From a virus (lineage: Duplodnaviria; Caudoviricetes): a stretch of 59,060 nt of DNA. The translations under genes were made by a program, and so were the position numbers. Shown here in pieces: positions 45,811 to 56,097 of the stretch (the stretch's first letter is position 1; each line of letters opens with the position of its first letter). Where the stretch lies: positions 1-59,060 of IMG/VR virus record IMGVR_UViG_3300045996_002405; one strand, given 5' to 3'. The notes under the pieces were generated by a model, which did not search any database, was not told where the DNA came from, and was given only the letters and a program-made list of their open reading frames with translations.

Positions 45811-47802
45811 AATTTCCTCGACGAGCTGATCGACGCCGTCTGCGCATCCGAGCTGGTGGGCGACGAGCTGGTCGCATCCGTGCGCCAGCTCATCCAGGCC
45901 AACCAGGACGGCGACACACCCGCCGACCTGGCCGAGCTGGAGCAGGCCGCGGTCGCCGCGTTCCAGCAGCGCTACAACGACGGCGAGTACGACCCCGTCG
46001 ACGCGCCGGTCCTGATCGGCCTGGACGCCGTCACCGGCGCCGTGCGCGCCGAACTCGCGGAGCAGCAGACCCAGCAGGACGCGCTCGACGCGCAGCTGCA
46101 GGGGCTCGCCGACCGCGTGCTGTCCCCGGACGCCGAGGGGGACGACGACAGCGGGGACGACGACCAGGTCGACCCCGACGACGACCCCGACGACGACCAG
46201 GTCGACGGAACTGGCAGCGACGGTGACGACGCCCCGACCGCGCCGCCGGCCGAGTCCGCGCTGCAGCCCGCGTCGCGACGCCGCGCGCCGATGACCTCGC
46301 GCGCCACCCAGCAGCACCGCCTGGACCGCAACGGCGGCCGCAAGCGCACCGGCGCACCGGCGACCGGCGGCCGCGGGGCGCTGCGTCGGATGAGCATCAC
46401 CGCCGCGGCGGACGTCCCCAACACCCCGACCGGCTCGTCGCTGACCCTGCGCCAGCTCGCGGAAGCCAGCATCCGAAAGTTCGGCCAGATGCCGATCGGC
46501 ACGAAGAACGCCTACGTCCGCAGCTCGCTCGCGGTCGTGCGACGGGAGACCGACGCGTCCCTGGTGGCATCCGGTGGCCGCGACGACGTCGAGCTGGTCG
46601 ACCGGATCGCCAACGAACGCAACTTGCCCGGCGGGTCGCTGCTCGCGGCGCACCGGCGCGCGGTCACCGCCGCGGCGTCGACCGGCACGTTCACCTACGG
46701 CGGGATGTGGTGCGCGCCGTCGGAGACGGACTACACGCTGTGCCCGCAGCTGGCCACCGAATCGGGGATGCTCGACCTCCCCACGATGACCGTGACGCAC
46801 GGCGGGCTCCGCTACCCGGTCACCAACGAGTACCCCGACCTCGGGTACGACCAGTACTTTCGCGAGTACGACGAGAACCACGTGTTCGACCCCGAGGACC
46901 CCGACTCGTTGAAGCCCTGCATCTCCGGGTTCTGCCCGGAGTGGGACGAGGTCCGGTTGAAGGCCCGCCCGCTGTGCATCATGGGCGACATTTTGAAGGA
47001 CCGGGCGTGGCCCGAGCTGGTCGAGCGGTTCATGTCCGACGTGATGATCAAGAACGCGCACTGGATGAACGCGAACTACCTCGCGTACATCGCGTCGCGG
47101 TCGGACCAGGTCGCCTCGTTCTCCGCGCAGACCGGCCAGTTCGGCATCGGCAGCGCGTCGTTCGCGATCGCCGACCGGATCGGCCTGCTCGTCACCTGGT
47201 TCCGCAACCTGTACCGGATGGACCCCGGCGCCACCCTGGAAGGTGTGGCGCCGATGTGGCTGCTCGACCTGTTGAAGGCCGACATCGCCAAGCGGAGCAA
47301 CCGCAACAGCACGGCCGTGTCGACCGCCGAGGTCGACCAGGTCTTCACCGAGCGCGGCGCGCGGATGCAGTGGGTCTACGACTGGCAGTCCGACGCGCTG
47401 GGCGCGGCGAAGGTGTCCGTCCCCAACCCGGACGCCGGACAGCCCGGTCAGCCCGCGACGCTGCAGAGGTGGATGCCGCCGGCGACGTGGCCGACCTCGG
47501 CGACGCTGATGTTCTACCCGGCGGGGAGCTGGGTCCTGGGCCAGCAGGACATCATCACCCTCGACGCGGTGTACGACTCGACGAACCTGCGGCAGAACAT
47601 CTTCACCAGGCTGTTCACCGAGGACGCGTACCTGCTGCTGAACCGCTGCGGCCGCTCGTTCAAGATCACCGTGACCGACCTGTGCGCGAACGGCGCGCTC
47701 GGTCCGTTCCGCGACGCGTGCCCGCCCGCGCTGCCCGCCGTCCCCGGCGCGACCGAGGACGCGCCGCTGTTCACCAGTGAAGTCGCGGCGGCCACGCCGT
47801 GA
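45808..47802 (+). CDS. Major capsid hexamer protein (N-terminal scaffold-like domain)
   Basis: ITAAADVP, GGMWCAPSET.Y, GMLDLP, KPC, WPELV, QWVYDWQ, YDST.L..N..T.LFTED motifs. Confidence 0.9.
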   Translation: MNFLDELIDAVCASELVGDELVASVRQLIQANQDGDTPADLAELEQAAVAAFQQRYNDGEYDPVDAPVLIGLDAVTGAVRAELAEQQTQQDALDAQLQGLADRVLSPDAEGDDDSGDDDQVDPDDDPDDDQVDGTGSDGDDAPTAPPAESALQPASRRRAPMTSRATQQHRLDRNGGRKRTGAPATGGRGALRRMSITAAADVPNTPTGSSLTLRQLAEASIRKFGQMPIGTKNAYVRSSLAVVRRETDASLVASGGRDDVELVDRIANERNLPGGSLLAAHRRAVTAAASTGTFTYGGMWCAPSETDYTLCPQLATESGMLDLPTMTVTHGGLRYPVTNEYPDLGYDQYFREYDENHVFDPEDPDSLKPCISGFCPEWDEVRLKARPLCIMGDILKDRAWPELVERFMSDVMIKNAHWMNANYLAYIASRSDQVASFSAQTGQFGIGSASFAIADRIGLLVTWFRNLYRMDPGATLEGVAPMWLLDLLKADIAKRSNRNSTAVSTAEVDQVFTERGARMQWVYDWQSDALGAAKVSVPNPDAGQPGQPATLQRWMPPATWPTSATLMFYPAGSWVLGQQDIITLDAVYDSTNLRQNIFTRLFTEDAYLLLNRCGRSFKITVTDLCANGALGPFRDACPPALPAVPGATEDAPLFTSEVAAATP

Positions 47803-48695
47803 CCTCGTCGCTCGCCCCCCGCGTCCGCGTTCCCGCGGCCGCGGGGGGCGCTCCCACCCGCCACGGCCTGTTCGGCGCGGCGAACCTCGTCGAGGGCCTG
47901 GACGATCACGCGCTGCACGGCGTCGAGTACGACGCGCTGTGCGGCGTGCCGGTCGACCTGTGGCCGATGCCGTGTCCGGGTAGCGCGATCCCACCCGCCT
48001 ACCAGAACGTCACCAAGGACCCGCGACGCTCGCTGGCCGGGGTCTACGCCGACCCGTTCGCGGTGTACGCGGCCGAGGACTGCAGCGCCGTCGGCCGCCA
48101 GCTCGACGAGGCTCGGACGCAGCTGCGCACGCGCCTGACCCTCGGCGAGCAGGCCACCGTCGAGCGCACGGTGTGGACCGGGGAGGTCGGCAACACACCA
48201 GCGCTGACGGTCGGCGCGACCGTGCTGCGCGGCGGTGACGCCGTCCAGCTCCCCGACGCTCTGGGCCTGCTCGAACTGTGGCTGGCCACCGTCACGGGCG
48301 CGACGGGCACCATCCACGCCCCGCGCTGGCTCGCTCCGCGGCTGGCGATGGACTCCTGGCTGAACACCTCCGGAGCGCGGGCCACGACTCCGCTCGGGAC
48401 GACGTGGGCGCTGGGCACCGGCTACCCCGGCACGCCGCCGATCACCGACCCCGTCACCGTCGACGACGGCGCGCTGTGGCTGTTCGCGACCCCGCCGGTC
48501 ACCGTGCGCCGCTCCGGGATCGTCGAGCCCGCCGACTGGCAGAGCGGCTCGTTCACCACGCGCACGAACGGCGCGTATCTGCTGGCCGAGCGCGTGTACG
48601 TCGTCGACTGGCCGTGCAACAGCGCGGCCGTGAAAACCACCCTCACCCGCGCGGACTACGTCGCGCCCGAACCACCCGAGGAGCCGCTGCCGTGA
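47799..48695 (+). CDS. Major capsid pentamer protein
   Basis: HGLF, GVEY, PFAVY...CS..G, EQ..VE, TPLGT.W..G.GY, AER.YVV...C; coupled to the hexamer gene. Confidence 0.8.
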   Translation: MTSSLAPRVRVPAAAGGAPTRHGLFGAANLVEGLDDHALHGVEYDALCGVPVDLWPMPCPGSAIPPAYQNVTKDPRRSLAGVYADPFAVYAAEDCSAVGRQLDEARTQLRTRLTLGEQATVERTVWTGEVGNTPALTVGATVLRGGDAVQLPDALGLLELWLATVTGATGTIHAPRWLAPRLAMDSWLNTSGARATTPLGTTWALGTGYPGTPPITDPVTVDDGALWLFATPPVTVRRSGIVEPADWQSGSFTTRTNGAYLLAERVYVVDWPCNSAAVKTTLTRADYVAPEPPEEPLP

Positions 48696-49684
48696 CCGCA
48701 CCCGCACCCGTGCTGGAACCGTCCGCTCTCTGCGTGAGCTACATCGGCGCTCGACGAGGTCGTGTGACCCTCGTCGACCGGTGTGGCCGCGTGCAGTACG
48801 GCCCGAAGTCGATGGCCAGCTTCAAGGGCTTCACCGAGGTCGAGATTTCCCCCGAGGTCGAAGAAGGTGAGGACTACTCGCAGCGCGACATCGACGGCGA
48901 GTGGTGCGTGGTCGGCAAGGGGGAAGACTCCGTCAAGTGGTGGTCGGTGAAGATCACTTTCTGCAAGGTCGACGCCGACGTCTTCCACATGATGAACCGC
49001 GCGTGGCGGCTCAACCTGAACGCGCAGGGCAAGACCAGCGGCGTCCGGATGGGCCAGAAGATCAGCAACGACCTGGGTTTCGCACTGGAGCTGTGGCCGA
49101 AGCTGGCCGAGGGCGGCGGGGGCGTGTGCGACGACGAGGACGCGCCGGCCGACGTCGACCCGTCCGGGTACCTGCTGCTGCCGTGGTGCGTGAGCATGGC
49201 CCCGGACAGCTGGAACCTGGCCAACGGTGTGGCCACGTTCGCGCTGAACGCCCGCACCCGCGCCGGTTCGCGGTGGGGTGTCGGCCCCTACGACGTCGTG
49301 CGCCAGGTGGACGGCACGCCCGGACCGCTGCTCGTCCCGATCGACTCCGGCCGGACCGGTACCGACCCCGACCTGGTCATCACCGACGTGGTCGACGTCG
49401 CCCCGCCGCCGGTGATGTGCGGCGCACAGCCGCTGTCCAACCCGCTCGGTCCGGCGTTCACCGTCGAGACCGTCGACGGGCAGCCGCTGCAGCGCGAGTT
49501 CACCCCACCCGCCACCGGCGGCCCGTACTCCCTCGACCCCGGCGACGGCTCCGCCGCGGTGACCCTGCCGACCGCCGGGCTGGTCCACACCTACGCGGCC
49601 GCGGGCGTCTACGCCCCGTCGGTCTACCCGACCGCCACACCGGGCCGCGTCACCTTCCAGCTCGTCGAGGTGACCGCGACGTGA
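48692..49684 (+). CDS. Major tail protein with C-terminal PKD-like domain
   Basis: RVT.VD.CG, EEGED, FCKVD, GFALELW, GYLLLPW, WGVGPYDV; HTYAAAGVY tail. Confidence 0.88.
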   Translation: MTAPAPVLEPSALCVSYIGARRGRVTLVDRCGRVQYGPKSMASFKGFTEVEISPEVEEGEDYSQRDIDGEWCVVGKGEDSVKWWSVKITFCKVDADVFHMMNRAWRLNLNAQGKTSGVRMGQKISNDLGFALELWPKLAEGGGGVCDDEDAPADVDPSGYLLLPWCVSMAPDSWNLANGVATFALNARTRAGSRWGVGPYDVVRQVDGTPGPLLVPIDSGRTGTDPDLVITDVVDVAPPPVMCGAQPLSNPLGPAFTVETVDGQPLQREFTPPATGGPYSLDPGDGSAAVTLPTAGLVHTYAAAGVYAPSVYPTATPGRVTFQLVEVTAT

Positions 49685-50085
49685 TGACCCGCCGGCCGGT
49701 CGCTGCAGTGCCCGCGCACGCCGTGCGGACGCTGCAGCGCGTCATGTCCGTGATCTGGACGGTCGCGGGGATCGCGCTGACCTGCGTCGTGCTCGGATCG
49801 CCGCTGACCGCGTTCGATCCGCCGGTGCGGGTGCTGGTGGGGTCGCTGTGCATCGTCAGCGTGGCGGTCATGCCGCTGCGCGCCCTGGCTCCGGAGCTGC
49901 GGATCTTCGCGTCGTGGCCGCTGCAGTTGATCGGCGGGTGCTCTGTCGCCGCGTCGGTGATGAGCCTGTTCAACGCGGCCGACACGACGTGGAGCGTCGC
50001 GCGCGTCGGCTGGGCGCTGCTGCTCCTCTCCCTCGCCGCGGTTGCGTACCTGCACCAGGTGGGGGAGCGGGTGTTTCTGAGGTGA
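49684..50085 (+). CDS. Membrane protein (4 TM), lysis-associated
   Basis: Hydrophobic segments; upstream of the lysin. Confidence 0.6.
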   Translation: MTRRPVAAVPAHAVRTLQRVMSVIWTVAGIALTCVVLGSPLTAFDPPVRVLVGSLCIVSVAVMPLRALAPELRIFASWPLQLIGGCSVAASVMSLFNAADTTWSVARVGWALLLLSLAAVAYLHQVGERVFLR

Positions 50086-50237
50086 CCAAGCTCGTCGAAT
50101 CGCTGATCAGTGCCGGTGTGGGCGTCGTGGCGTCCCTGCTGGTGACCTACCTGCAGCACCGGCTCACGCAGCGGTTGAAGCGTCACACCCCGCCGTCGAT
50201 CGAGATCGTTCCGCCTCCCCCGAAGGACGAGCCGTGA
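50082..50237 (+). CDS. Small 1-TM protein
   Basis: GTGA coupling on both sides. Confidence 0.5.
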   Translation: MTKLVESLISAGVGVVASLLVTYLQHRLTQRLKRHTPPSIEIVPPPPKDEP

Positions 50238-50545
50238 CCGAGTACACCGTGATTCCCGACCCCGACCCCGACCCGACCACCCCCCGCGCGGGGCCGCTGC
50301 GCAGCGAACCGGTGGTGGTCAGCAACTCGATCGCGCTGATCGTGATCGTGCTCGCCACGCTGCTGCCGCAGCTCGGCGTCAACCTGCCCGCGGCCTGGGA
50401 CTGGCTCCTGGGCGCGCTCGTCGCCGGTGGCTCGCTCACCGGCGCGACGGTCGTCGCCCGCCGCCTGGCGACACCGGTCGTCGACCCGCGCGACAACACC
50501 GGTCGCCGCCTGGTCCCCGATCAGTCCCCCCGATCGGGAGCGTGA
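50234..50545 (+). CDS. Holin-like protein (2 TM)
   Basis: RSEPVVV...TM...TM...ARR..TPV.DPRD..G pattern; adjacent to the lysin. Confidence 0.65.
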   Translation: MTEYTVIPDPDPDPTTPRAGPLRSEPVVVSNSIALIVIVLATLLPQLGVNLPAAWDWLLGALVAGGSLTGATVVARRLATPVVDPRDNTGRRLVPDQSPRSGA

Positions 50546-50548
50546 GCC

Positions 50549-51628
50549 GTGGAGACCAGAGGGATCGACGTCTTCCGGATCTACCAGCAGGTGCGCGACT
50601 GGCAGGCCGTGCGGGCATCCGGCGTCACCTACTGCTGGGCGAAGGCCACCAACGGAACCCGGATCGCGTTCGGCAACGACGCAGCCCGCACGCCGGCGCC
50701 AGCGGATCCGACGATCGAGGGAGCACGCAGCGCCGGGATCGCCCCCGGCGTTTACGGCTACGCGCTGCCCGGTGACCCGATCGCGCAGGCCGACGTCCTG
50801 GCGAACGAAGCACTCCGGCTCCGCTGCGTCGGCCCCGGAACGCTCCCGCCCGCCCTCGACCTCGAAGAGCCCGGCACGAAGTCGGCGGACTTCGCGGTCA
50901 GGTTCTTGCGTCGACTGCAGGAGCGCACCGGCCAGCAGCGCGTCGCGATCTACATGAGCGCGTCGTGGGCCGCCGAGCTGCGTCCAGACACCTGGAACGT
51001 GCCCGGTCTGATCATCTGGATCGCCTCCTACGGCCCGAACAACGGCGGCCGGCACCCGATCCCCTACTACTCCGGCCGGACCGACGTGCACCAGTTCACG
51101 TCGGTGGGGCTGGGCCTGGTGCGGGGCATCACCTCGTCGGGGCTCGACGTCAACGACGCCGAGATCCCGCTGCACGTCCTACTCGGAGAGGAAGACGACG
51201 ACATGCCGATCACCGATGACGACGTGGCCAAGATCGCCCGTGCGACGGTGGACCAGCTGTGGTTCCGCACGCCGGTCGCTGGCCCGCACGGCGACAACCC
51301 CGGCAACGTCAACGACCACGTGTACTGGGACAACCAGAACATCTGGAAGATCCCCGGCATCGCGGACAAGATCGACGCGATCGGGGAGGTCCTCGCGCAG
51401 CTGGCCGAGCGCGACGACCAGGTCGTGCTGAGCCCCGAGCAGTTCGAGGCGCTGCGCGCTCAGGTCGGATCGTCGATCACCGACCAGCTCGACGACCAGC
51501 TGATCGACCTGGCCGAGCGCCTGGCGGGTCGGGACCGGGCAGCGATCGAGCAGGCGTTGCGCGAGTTCTACGGCCGCGCGGTCGTCACGCCGACGCCGGT
51601 CGGTGACCTCGTCGAGCAGGCGACCTGA
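50549..51628 (+). CDS. Endolysin, GH25 muramidase
   Basis: GIDV, DW.AV, AKATNG, PPALDLEE (DxE), WIASY, HQFTS, LDVN. Confidence 0.9.
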   Translation: METRGIDVFRIYQQVRDWQAVRASGVTYCWAKATNGTRIAFGNDAARTPAPADPTIEGARSAGIAPGVYGYALPGDPIAQADVLANEALRLRCVGPGTLPPALDLEEPGTKSADFAVRFLRRLQERTGQQRVAIYMSASWAAELRPDTWNVPGLIIWIASYGPNNGGRHPIPYYSGRTDVHQFTSVGLGLVRGITSSGLDVNDAEIPLHVLLGEEDDDMPITDDDVAKIARATVDQLWFRTPVAGPHGDNPGNVNDHVYWDNQNIWKIPGIADKIDAIGEVLAQLAERDDQVVLSPEQFEALRAQVGSSITDQLDDQLIDLAERLAGRDRAAIEQALREFYGRAVVTPTPVGDLVEQAT

Positions 51629-51631
51629 TCC

Positions 51632-52474
51632 GTGGCCCGCGCCTTCGCTCCCGACAACACCTGGGCCATGCCCGAGGGCGACGGGCCCTGTGCGACGTGG
51701 CCGCTCGCGGGCTGCTCCGAGTTCCCGGACGACGTCACGGCGTGGGACGAGCTGATGTACGTCTCCGTCGAGGTCGCGACGGAGCTGCTGTGGCGGCTGA
51801 CGGCCGGTCGGTACGGGCTCTGTGAGGAGACCGTGCGGCCGTGCCGTCGGGCACCGCGCGCGATGACCGGCGTCGCCGACGGCGCCGGATGGATGCCCGT
51901 GCTCGACGACGGGCGCTGGCTGAACCTCACGTGCGGGTGCCCGCGCGAGGTCCTGCGCACCGGGTGCGGCTGCGACGACGTCCCGCAGGTCCGACTTCCG
52001 GGGCCGGTGACGCTCGACGACGCGCACCCGATCACGGTCACCGTCGACGGCGTCGTGCTGCCGTCGACGGCTTGGCGGCTGGACGAGCCGGGCTGGCTGG
52101 TGCGCGTCGACGGGCAGCGCTGGCCACTGCGGCAGCGCCTCGACCAGCCGACGACCGCCGAGGGAACGTGGTCGATCACCTACTGGCGCGGCACGCCGGT
52201 CCCGATCGCGGGGCAGATGGCTACCGCTCGGTACGCGGCGGAGTGGTGGCGCAGTTGCACCGGGCAGGACTGCGCGCTGCCGAAGCGCGTGCAGACGATC
52301 TCCCGGCAGGGCGTCACGTACACGCTGATCGACCCGCGCGACTACCTCGACGCCGGCCGGACCGGTGTGTCGGCGGTCGATCAGTGGTTGGCGGCGGTCA
52401 ACCCCGACTCCCACCGCGAACCGTCGGCCGTGTACTCCCCGGACGCGGCCCGGTACCGGCAGGCGAGGTCGTGA
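51632..52474 (+). CDS. Head-to-tail adaptor
   Basis: ATELLW.LT..RYGLC..TVRPC, C.LP.RV..ISRQGV, GRTG...VDQWL.AVNP. Confidence 0.8.
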   Translation: MARAFAPDNTWAMPEGDGPCATWPLAGCSEFPDDVTAWDELMYVSVEVATELLWRLTAGRYGLCEETVRPCRRAPRAMTGVADGAGWMPVLDDGRWLNLTCGCPREVLRTGCGCDDVPQVRLPGPVTLDDAHPITVTVDGVVLPSTAWRLDEPGWLVRVDGQRWPLRQRLDQPTTAEGTWSITYWRGTPVPIAGQMATARYAAEWWRSCTGQDCALPKRVQTISRQGVTYTLIDPRDYLDAGRTGVSAVDQWLAAVNPDSHREPSAVYSPDAARYRQARS

Positions 52475-53004
52475 CCACGCCCGCGCCGCAGAGCACCGAC
52501 CGCATGATCTGGCCGGTGCTCTCGGCACTGCGTGTGTGCGTCGGCGTCGAGCTGGCCAGGATCGGACGCCCGGTGTGCCGCTTCCCGCTCGTCTGGGGTG
52601 CGGATCGCCCACCGGCCGACGACTGCGACTGCAGGTGCGCCGACGGCGGGCAGGGCACGGCGTGGGGCCGCTGGGTCACCGCGGCGCAGACACCGTCACC
52701 GGCGGCGCGTGCGGACTGCTCAGGGGGCTCGTGGGGCGTGCAGGCCGAGTTCGGGGTGTACCGCTGCTATCCCGTGCTCGACGACGACCTGGCCGCCCCG
52801 GCGGAAGCGGTGGTCGACCTGGCCACGCGGGGGCTGCTCGACGACCTGGCCGCGCTGCGGCGCGCGATCCGCTGCTGCGCATATCTGGCCGACCACGACA
52901 TCGGCTGGTCGTTCGTCGCGGCCGCGCCGCTGGAACCCCGGGGAGGCTGCGCCGGTGCGGTGGTTCAGATCAGGTTCGACCGGACCGAGTGCAGATGCCC
53001 GTGA
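52471..53004 (+). CDS. Tail terminator / head-tail connector-like protein
   Basis: GTGA coupling; GVYRC, P.GGC.G motifs; hairpin at 53012-53048 follows. Confidence 0.65.
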   Translation: MTTPAPQSTDRMIWPVLSALRVCVGVELARIGRPVCRFPLVWGADRPPADDCDCRCADGGQGTAWGRWVTAAQTPSPAARADCSGGSWGVQAEFGVYRCYPVLDDDLAAPAEAVVDLATRGLLDDLAALRRAIRCCAYLADHDIGWSFVAAAPLEPRGGCAGAVVQIRFDRTECRCP

Positions 53005-53369
53005 GGTCGAGGAGCCCCGCCCGGGGAACACGTGCCCGGGCGGGGCTCGACTCACACGGACCAGACCGCAGGAGCGTCTTAGCGTGACGGTGACCCCGTG
53101 GTGCTCGACTCCTTGGCTCCGCTGACCGCCCGACCACCCAGCTAAGGCGCGGGCGGGGCGGTGACTTTCACGGTCGGGATGGTCCGCCCGCACACCGTAG
53201 ACCAACGAAGATCACTAAAGTGAGGCCCACATGACGGACGACACGTCTACCGCTCATCCGGAGCAGCGCGCAGAGCCCTACGACGTCGACTGGCCGGTGT
53301 GCTACCGCGACCCGCACGACGGCCGCGCCTACCCGCCGGGCACGTGGCACTGGTCACCGAGGATCTGAC

Positions 53370-53669
53370 GTGGTCACCCGACTGCGCGTGCGCGCGAACG
53401 CGACGATCGCCGGGATCGGCGAGCACGGGTCGCAGTGGTGGTGCGACGACAGCCCCACCGTGCGGCTTCTGGCCCGCACGCGGCAGCTGACGATCCTGGA
53501 CCAGGTCGACGACGAGGACGAGGGGGAGACCGGTGTCCCGAGCACGGATCGAGATCAACGAGTCGGCGGTGGCGGAGCTGCTGACGGGTCCGACGGGGCC
53601 GATCTTCCGGCAGGTGGAGAACTGGACCACCCGGACGACGACGCTGGCCAAGACGCGAACGCCGGTTGA
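53370..53669 (+). CDS. Small hypothetical protein (3' end overlaps the next gene)
   Basis: N-terminal half looks protein-like; RBS GAGGA upstream. Confidence 0.4.
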   Translation: MVTRLRVRANATIAGIGEHGSQWWCDDSPTVRLLARTRQLTILDQVDDEDEGETGVPSTDRDQRVGGGGAADGSDGADLPAGGELDHPDDDAGQDANAG

Positions 53670-54033
53670 CGAGGGTCGGCTGCGCGCGTCGCTGCAGGGC
53701 ACGGTCCGGGTCGAGGGGCTGCGGGTCATCGGCCGCAGCGGCTCCGACGTCGAGTACGCCCGGTACGTCCACGACGGAACCGGGGTCTTCGGTCCGCGCG
53801 GGACGCCGATCGTGCCGGTCACCGCCAAGGCGCTGGTGTTCGAGCCCGGTCGGATGATGGGGCCGCTCCCGCGTGGTGTGCGCGGGCGGGTCACCGGCGC
53901 GGCACGCGGCGAAAACTCGAAGTGGGCCGGCCTGGTGGTGACGAAGTCCGTGAAGGGCAGCCCACCGAACCCGTTCCTGCTGTCCGCACTGGAAGACGTC
54001 GTGCCCTTCCCGGTCAACCGGCGGGGCGCGTAG
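53533..54033 (+). CDS. HK97 gp10-like tail completion protein
   Basis: TPVDEGRLRAS, VEYARYVHDGT, V.G..PNPFL..AL. Confidence 0.85.
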   Translation: MSRARIEINESAVAELLTGPTGPIFRQVENWTTRTTTLAKTRTPVDEGRLRASLQGTVRVEGLRVIGRSGSDVEYARYVHDGTGVFGPRGTPIVPVTAKALVFEPGRMMGPLPRGVRGRVTGAARGENSKWAGLVVTKSVKGSPPNPFLLSALEDVVPFPVNRRGA

Positions 54034-54150
54034 CGTCGCGAACGGCCCCCCTGGCTGCCCCCAGGAGGGCCGTTCGCGTTCTCGGCGGGTGACCACCTGG
54101 GGGAAGCGCTGCTCGACCGTTCTGGTGCTGCTCGGCCGTACTCTCCGGCC

Positions 54151-54903
54151 ATGACGCAGCGCATCGAATTCAGCAGCCCGGTCCGCAAGGCGCGCCAGGC
54201 GCGGCCGATCACCGTCGACCTGTACGGCAAGCACGAGATCGTGCTGCAGCGCCCGAAGGACGCCGTCCTGTTCTTCGCGTCCGTCGCCGGGGCCGACAAC
54301 GCCAGCAGCGGCGACCGGGCGGCCGCGATCATCCAGTTCGTCAACGGCGCGACGGAGCCGGTGCAGCAGCAGAAGTTCTGGCAGCTCGCGATCCGGGGTG
54401 AGCTGAACCTGCAGGCGACGGTCGACCTGATCACCGCGGCGACGACCCGCTGGCAGCACTGGGACGCGAAGAACACGGCCCCGATCCGGATCACGTGGAC
54501 CCCGTCGGCGGCCGAGTACGAGCCGGTCGAGGTGGTGAACGAGGACCTGGACCTGCACCTGGTGTGCACCCCGCCGACCGACCTGATCCTGACCTGCGTG
54601 GCCGCCAGCATGGCCAGCAGCGCGAGCGAGGCCGATCAGGCGTGGGGCATCGGCATGTTCCTCGACGCCGCGCTGTCGCCGGCCGACGGCATGGTCGTCT
54701 CCCAGCGGCTCCGGAGCCTGAACGGCGATCTCGAACTGGAGGACGTCGGCGAGATCGTCACGCGGCTGATCGACGTGTGGAAGCCGACGTCGAACCGCGA
54801 CGGACGGCGTGCCGCGCAGAAGAAGCCCGCGGCGTCCACCGCCCGCCGGCAGAGCGCCGGTCGCGGCACCGTGCGTCGCACCCCGGCGAAGCGAGCGCGG
54901 TGA
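54151..54903 (+). CDS. Tail assembly chaperone
   Basis: Position upstream of the TMP; two similar halves; TACTCT -10 just before ATG. Confidence 0.6.
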   Translation: MTQRIEFSSPVRKARQARPITVDLYGKHEIVLQRPKDAVLFFASVAGADNASSGDRAAAIIQFVNGATEPVQQQKFWQLAIRGELNLQATVDLITAATTRWQHWDAKNTAPIRITWTPSAAEYEPVEVVNEDLDLHLVCTPPTDLILTCVAASMASSASEADQAWGIGMFLDAALSPADGMVVSQRLRSLNGDLELEDVGEIVTRLIDVWKPTSNRDGRRAAQKKPAASTARRQSAGRGTVRRTPAKRAR

Positions 54904-55556
54904 CCGGTCCGCTCCGTGCCAGCTCGACCGGCCTGCCCGCCGAGCTGCCGCTCACGGTCGTCGTCGACGGCGTCGAGATCGAGATACCCGACCTGCCCGC
55001 GCGGGTGTGGGTGGACGCGCTCACCCACGAACCGCCCGGATGCTGGTGGAAGCTCATCCCTGAACAGCTACACGACACCGACGCTGACCTGCTGATACAG
55101 CGGGTGCTCGACTCCGCCGACGCGTTCGACCTCGACGACCTCGAAGACCTCGCCGTCGAGGTGCTGACGGCCGTGCTGGGCTGCGACCTGTGGGCCGCGC
55201 GCCGGCTCGTGCTCAGTGCGTGGTCGAACTGGTTGCACTTCGACGGCTGGTGCGTCACCCGGGGACTCGACTCCCTGCTGACCGGGCACCCCGCGCGGAT
55301 CGTGTCCGCGGCCTGGGCGTGGCGGCTGTCGATGTGCCAGAAGAAATCCGAAGTGACGGCGCTGGAATCGGAGGTCTGGTCACCCGACCGGCCCGACCGC
55401 GCGTCCGGCCGGCCGCGCGACGCCGCGCCGGAGGGATGGGACGACCAGGCCGAGGGCGGCGCGTTCCTCGCGGCGATGGGACAACTCGGGTCCAGCCGTC
55501 GACGTCAAGCGCAGCAGGCCGCGCTCGCTGACCAGGAACCCGCAGAAGTGCGGTGA
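54900..55556 (+). CDS. Second tail assembly chaperone
   Basis: GTGA coupling; W.A.RL...W..FDG...RG.D pattern. Confidence 0.6.
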   Translation: MTGPLRASSTGLPAELPLTVVVDGVEIEIPDLPARVWVDALTHEPPGCWWKLIPEQLHDTDADLLIQRVLDSADAFDLDDLEDLAVEVLTAVLGCDLWAARRLVLSAWSNWLHFDGWCVTRGLDSLLTGHPARIVSAAWAWRLSMCQKKSEVTALESEVWSPDRPDRASGRPRDAAPEGWDDQAEGGAFLAAMGQLGSSRRRQAQQAALADQEPAEVR

Positions 55557-55794
55557 TCCGTGTCGGTGGTGCGCGCTAGTCTGCCCCGGTCCCCGCTCAT
55601 GGGGGGTGCTCCGCAGGTCGAAGAAGTTCGGCCGCTGTAGTCGTCCCCGCGCAAGCGGGGCTTGCGTCGACCCCGTGTCGACGAGGATCGCAACTCTGTC
55701 TGTCACTCGGGCGAGGTCAGCACGGTCAGCACGAAGAAGCCCCGGCGAGCACGGCTCGCCGGGGCTTCACCCGTTTCGACAGGGCGCTGATCGG

Positions 55795-56097
55795 CTACGC
55801 GGATCCGGGGTCGTCGACGTCAACGGGCACGAGTTCGCGGAGCTGCACGACGAGCGGATCCAGCACGGCGAGCATCTGCGCGGCCACCGTGCCCGCGTCG
55901 CGCGCGAGCGACCCGAGGCGGACGAGCGTGGTTCCGATGAGCAGCTGCACCTCGTCGTCGGCACCGCTGCGGAGCAGCTCGCCGGTGAACGCGTGGCAGC
56001 GCGCGCAGTAGCCGAAGCGCACGTCTTCCGGGTGCGGGCTGCTCGTGCCGCACAGCGGGCACGCGAACGTCGTCGGCGTCTCCGGGTGCGCGGTCAC
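55795..56097 (-). CDS. Small zinc-finger protein
   Basis: FACPLCG.SS.HP.D...GYCARCHAFT; hairpin at 55735-55768 downstream. Confidence 0.65.
   Translation of the reverse strand: MTAHPETPTTFACPLCGTSSPHPEDVRFGYCARCHAFTGELLRSGADDEVQLLIGTTLVRLGSLARDAGTVAAQMLAVLDPLVVQLRELVPVDVDDPGSA

Noticed and set aside
53050-53368. Structured RNA or 45-aa ORF between connector genes; similar unexplained gap at 55560-55730
   Set aside because: Only generic GC-rich pairing is visible, with no recognisable RNA family or repeated motif.
54495-55556. Programmed -1 frameshift between the tail assembly chaperones
   Set aside because: The -1 frame is open, but I found no slippery heptamer and the second gene has its own GTGA-coupled start.
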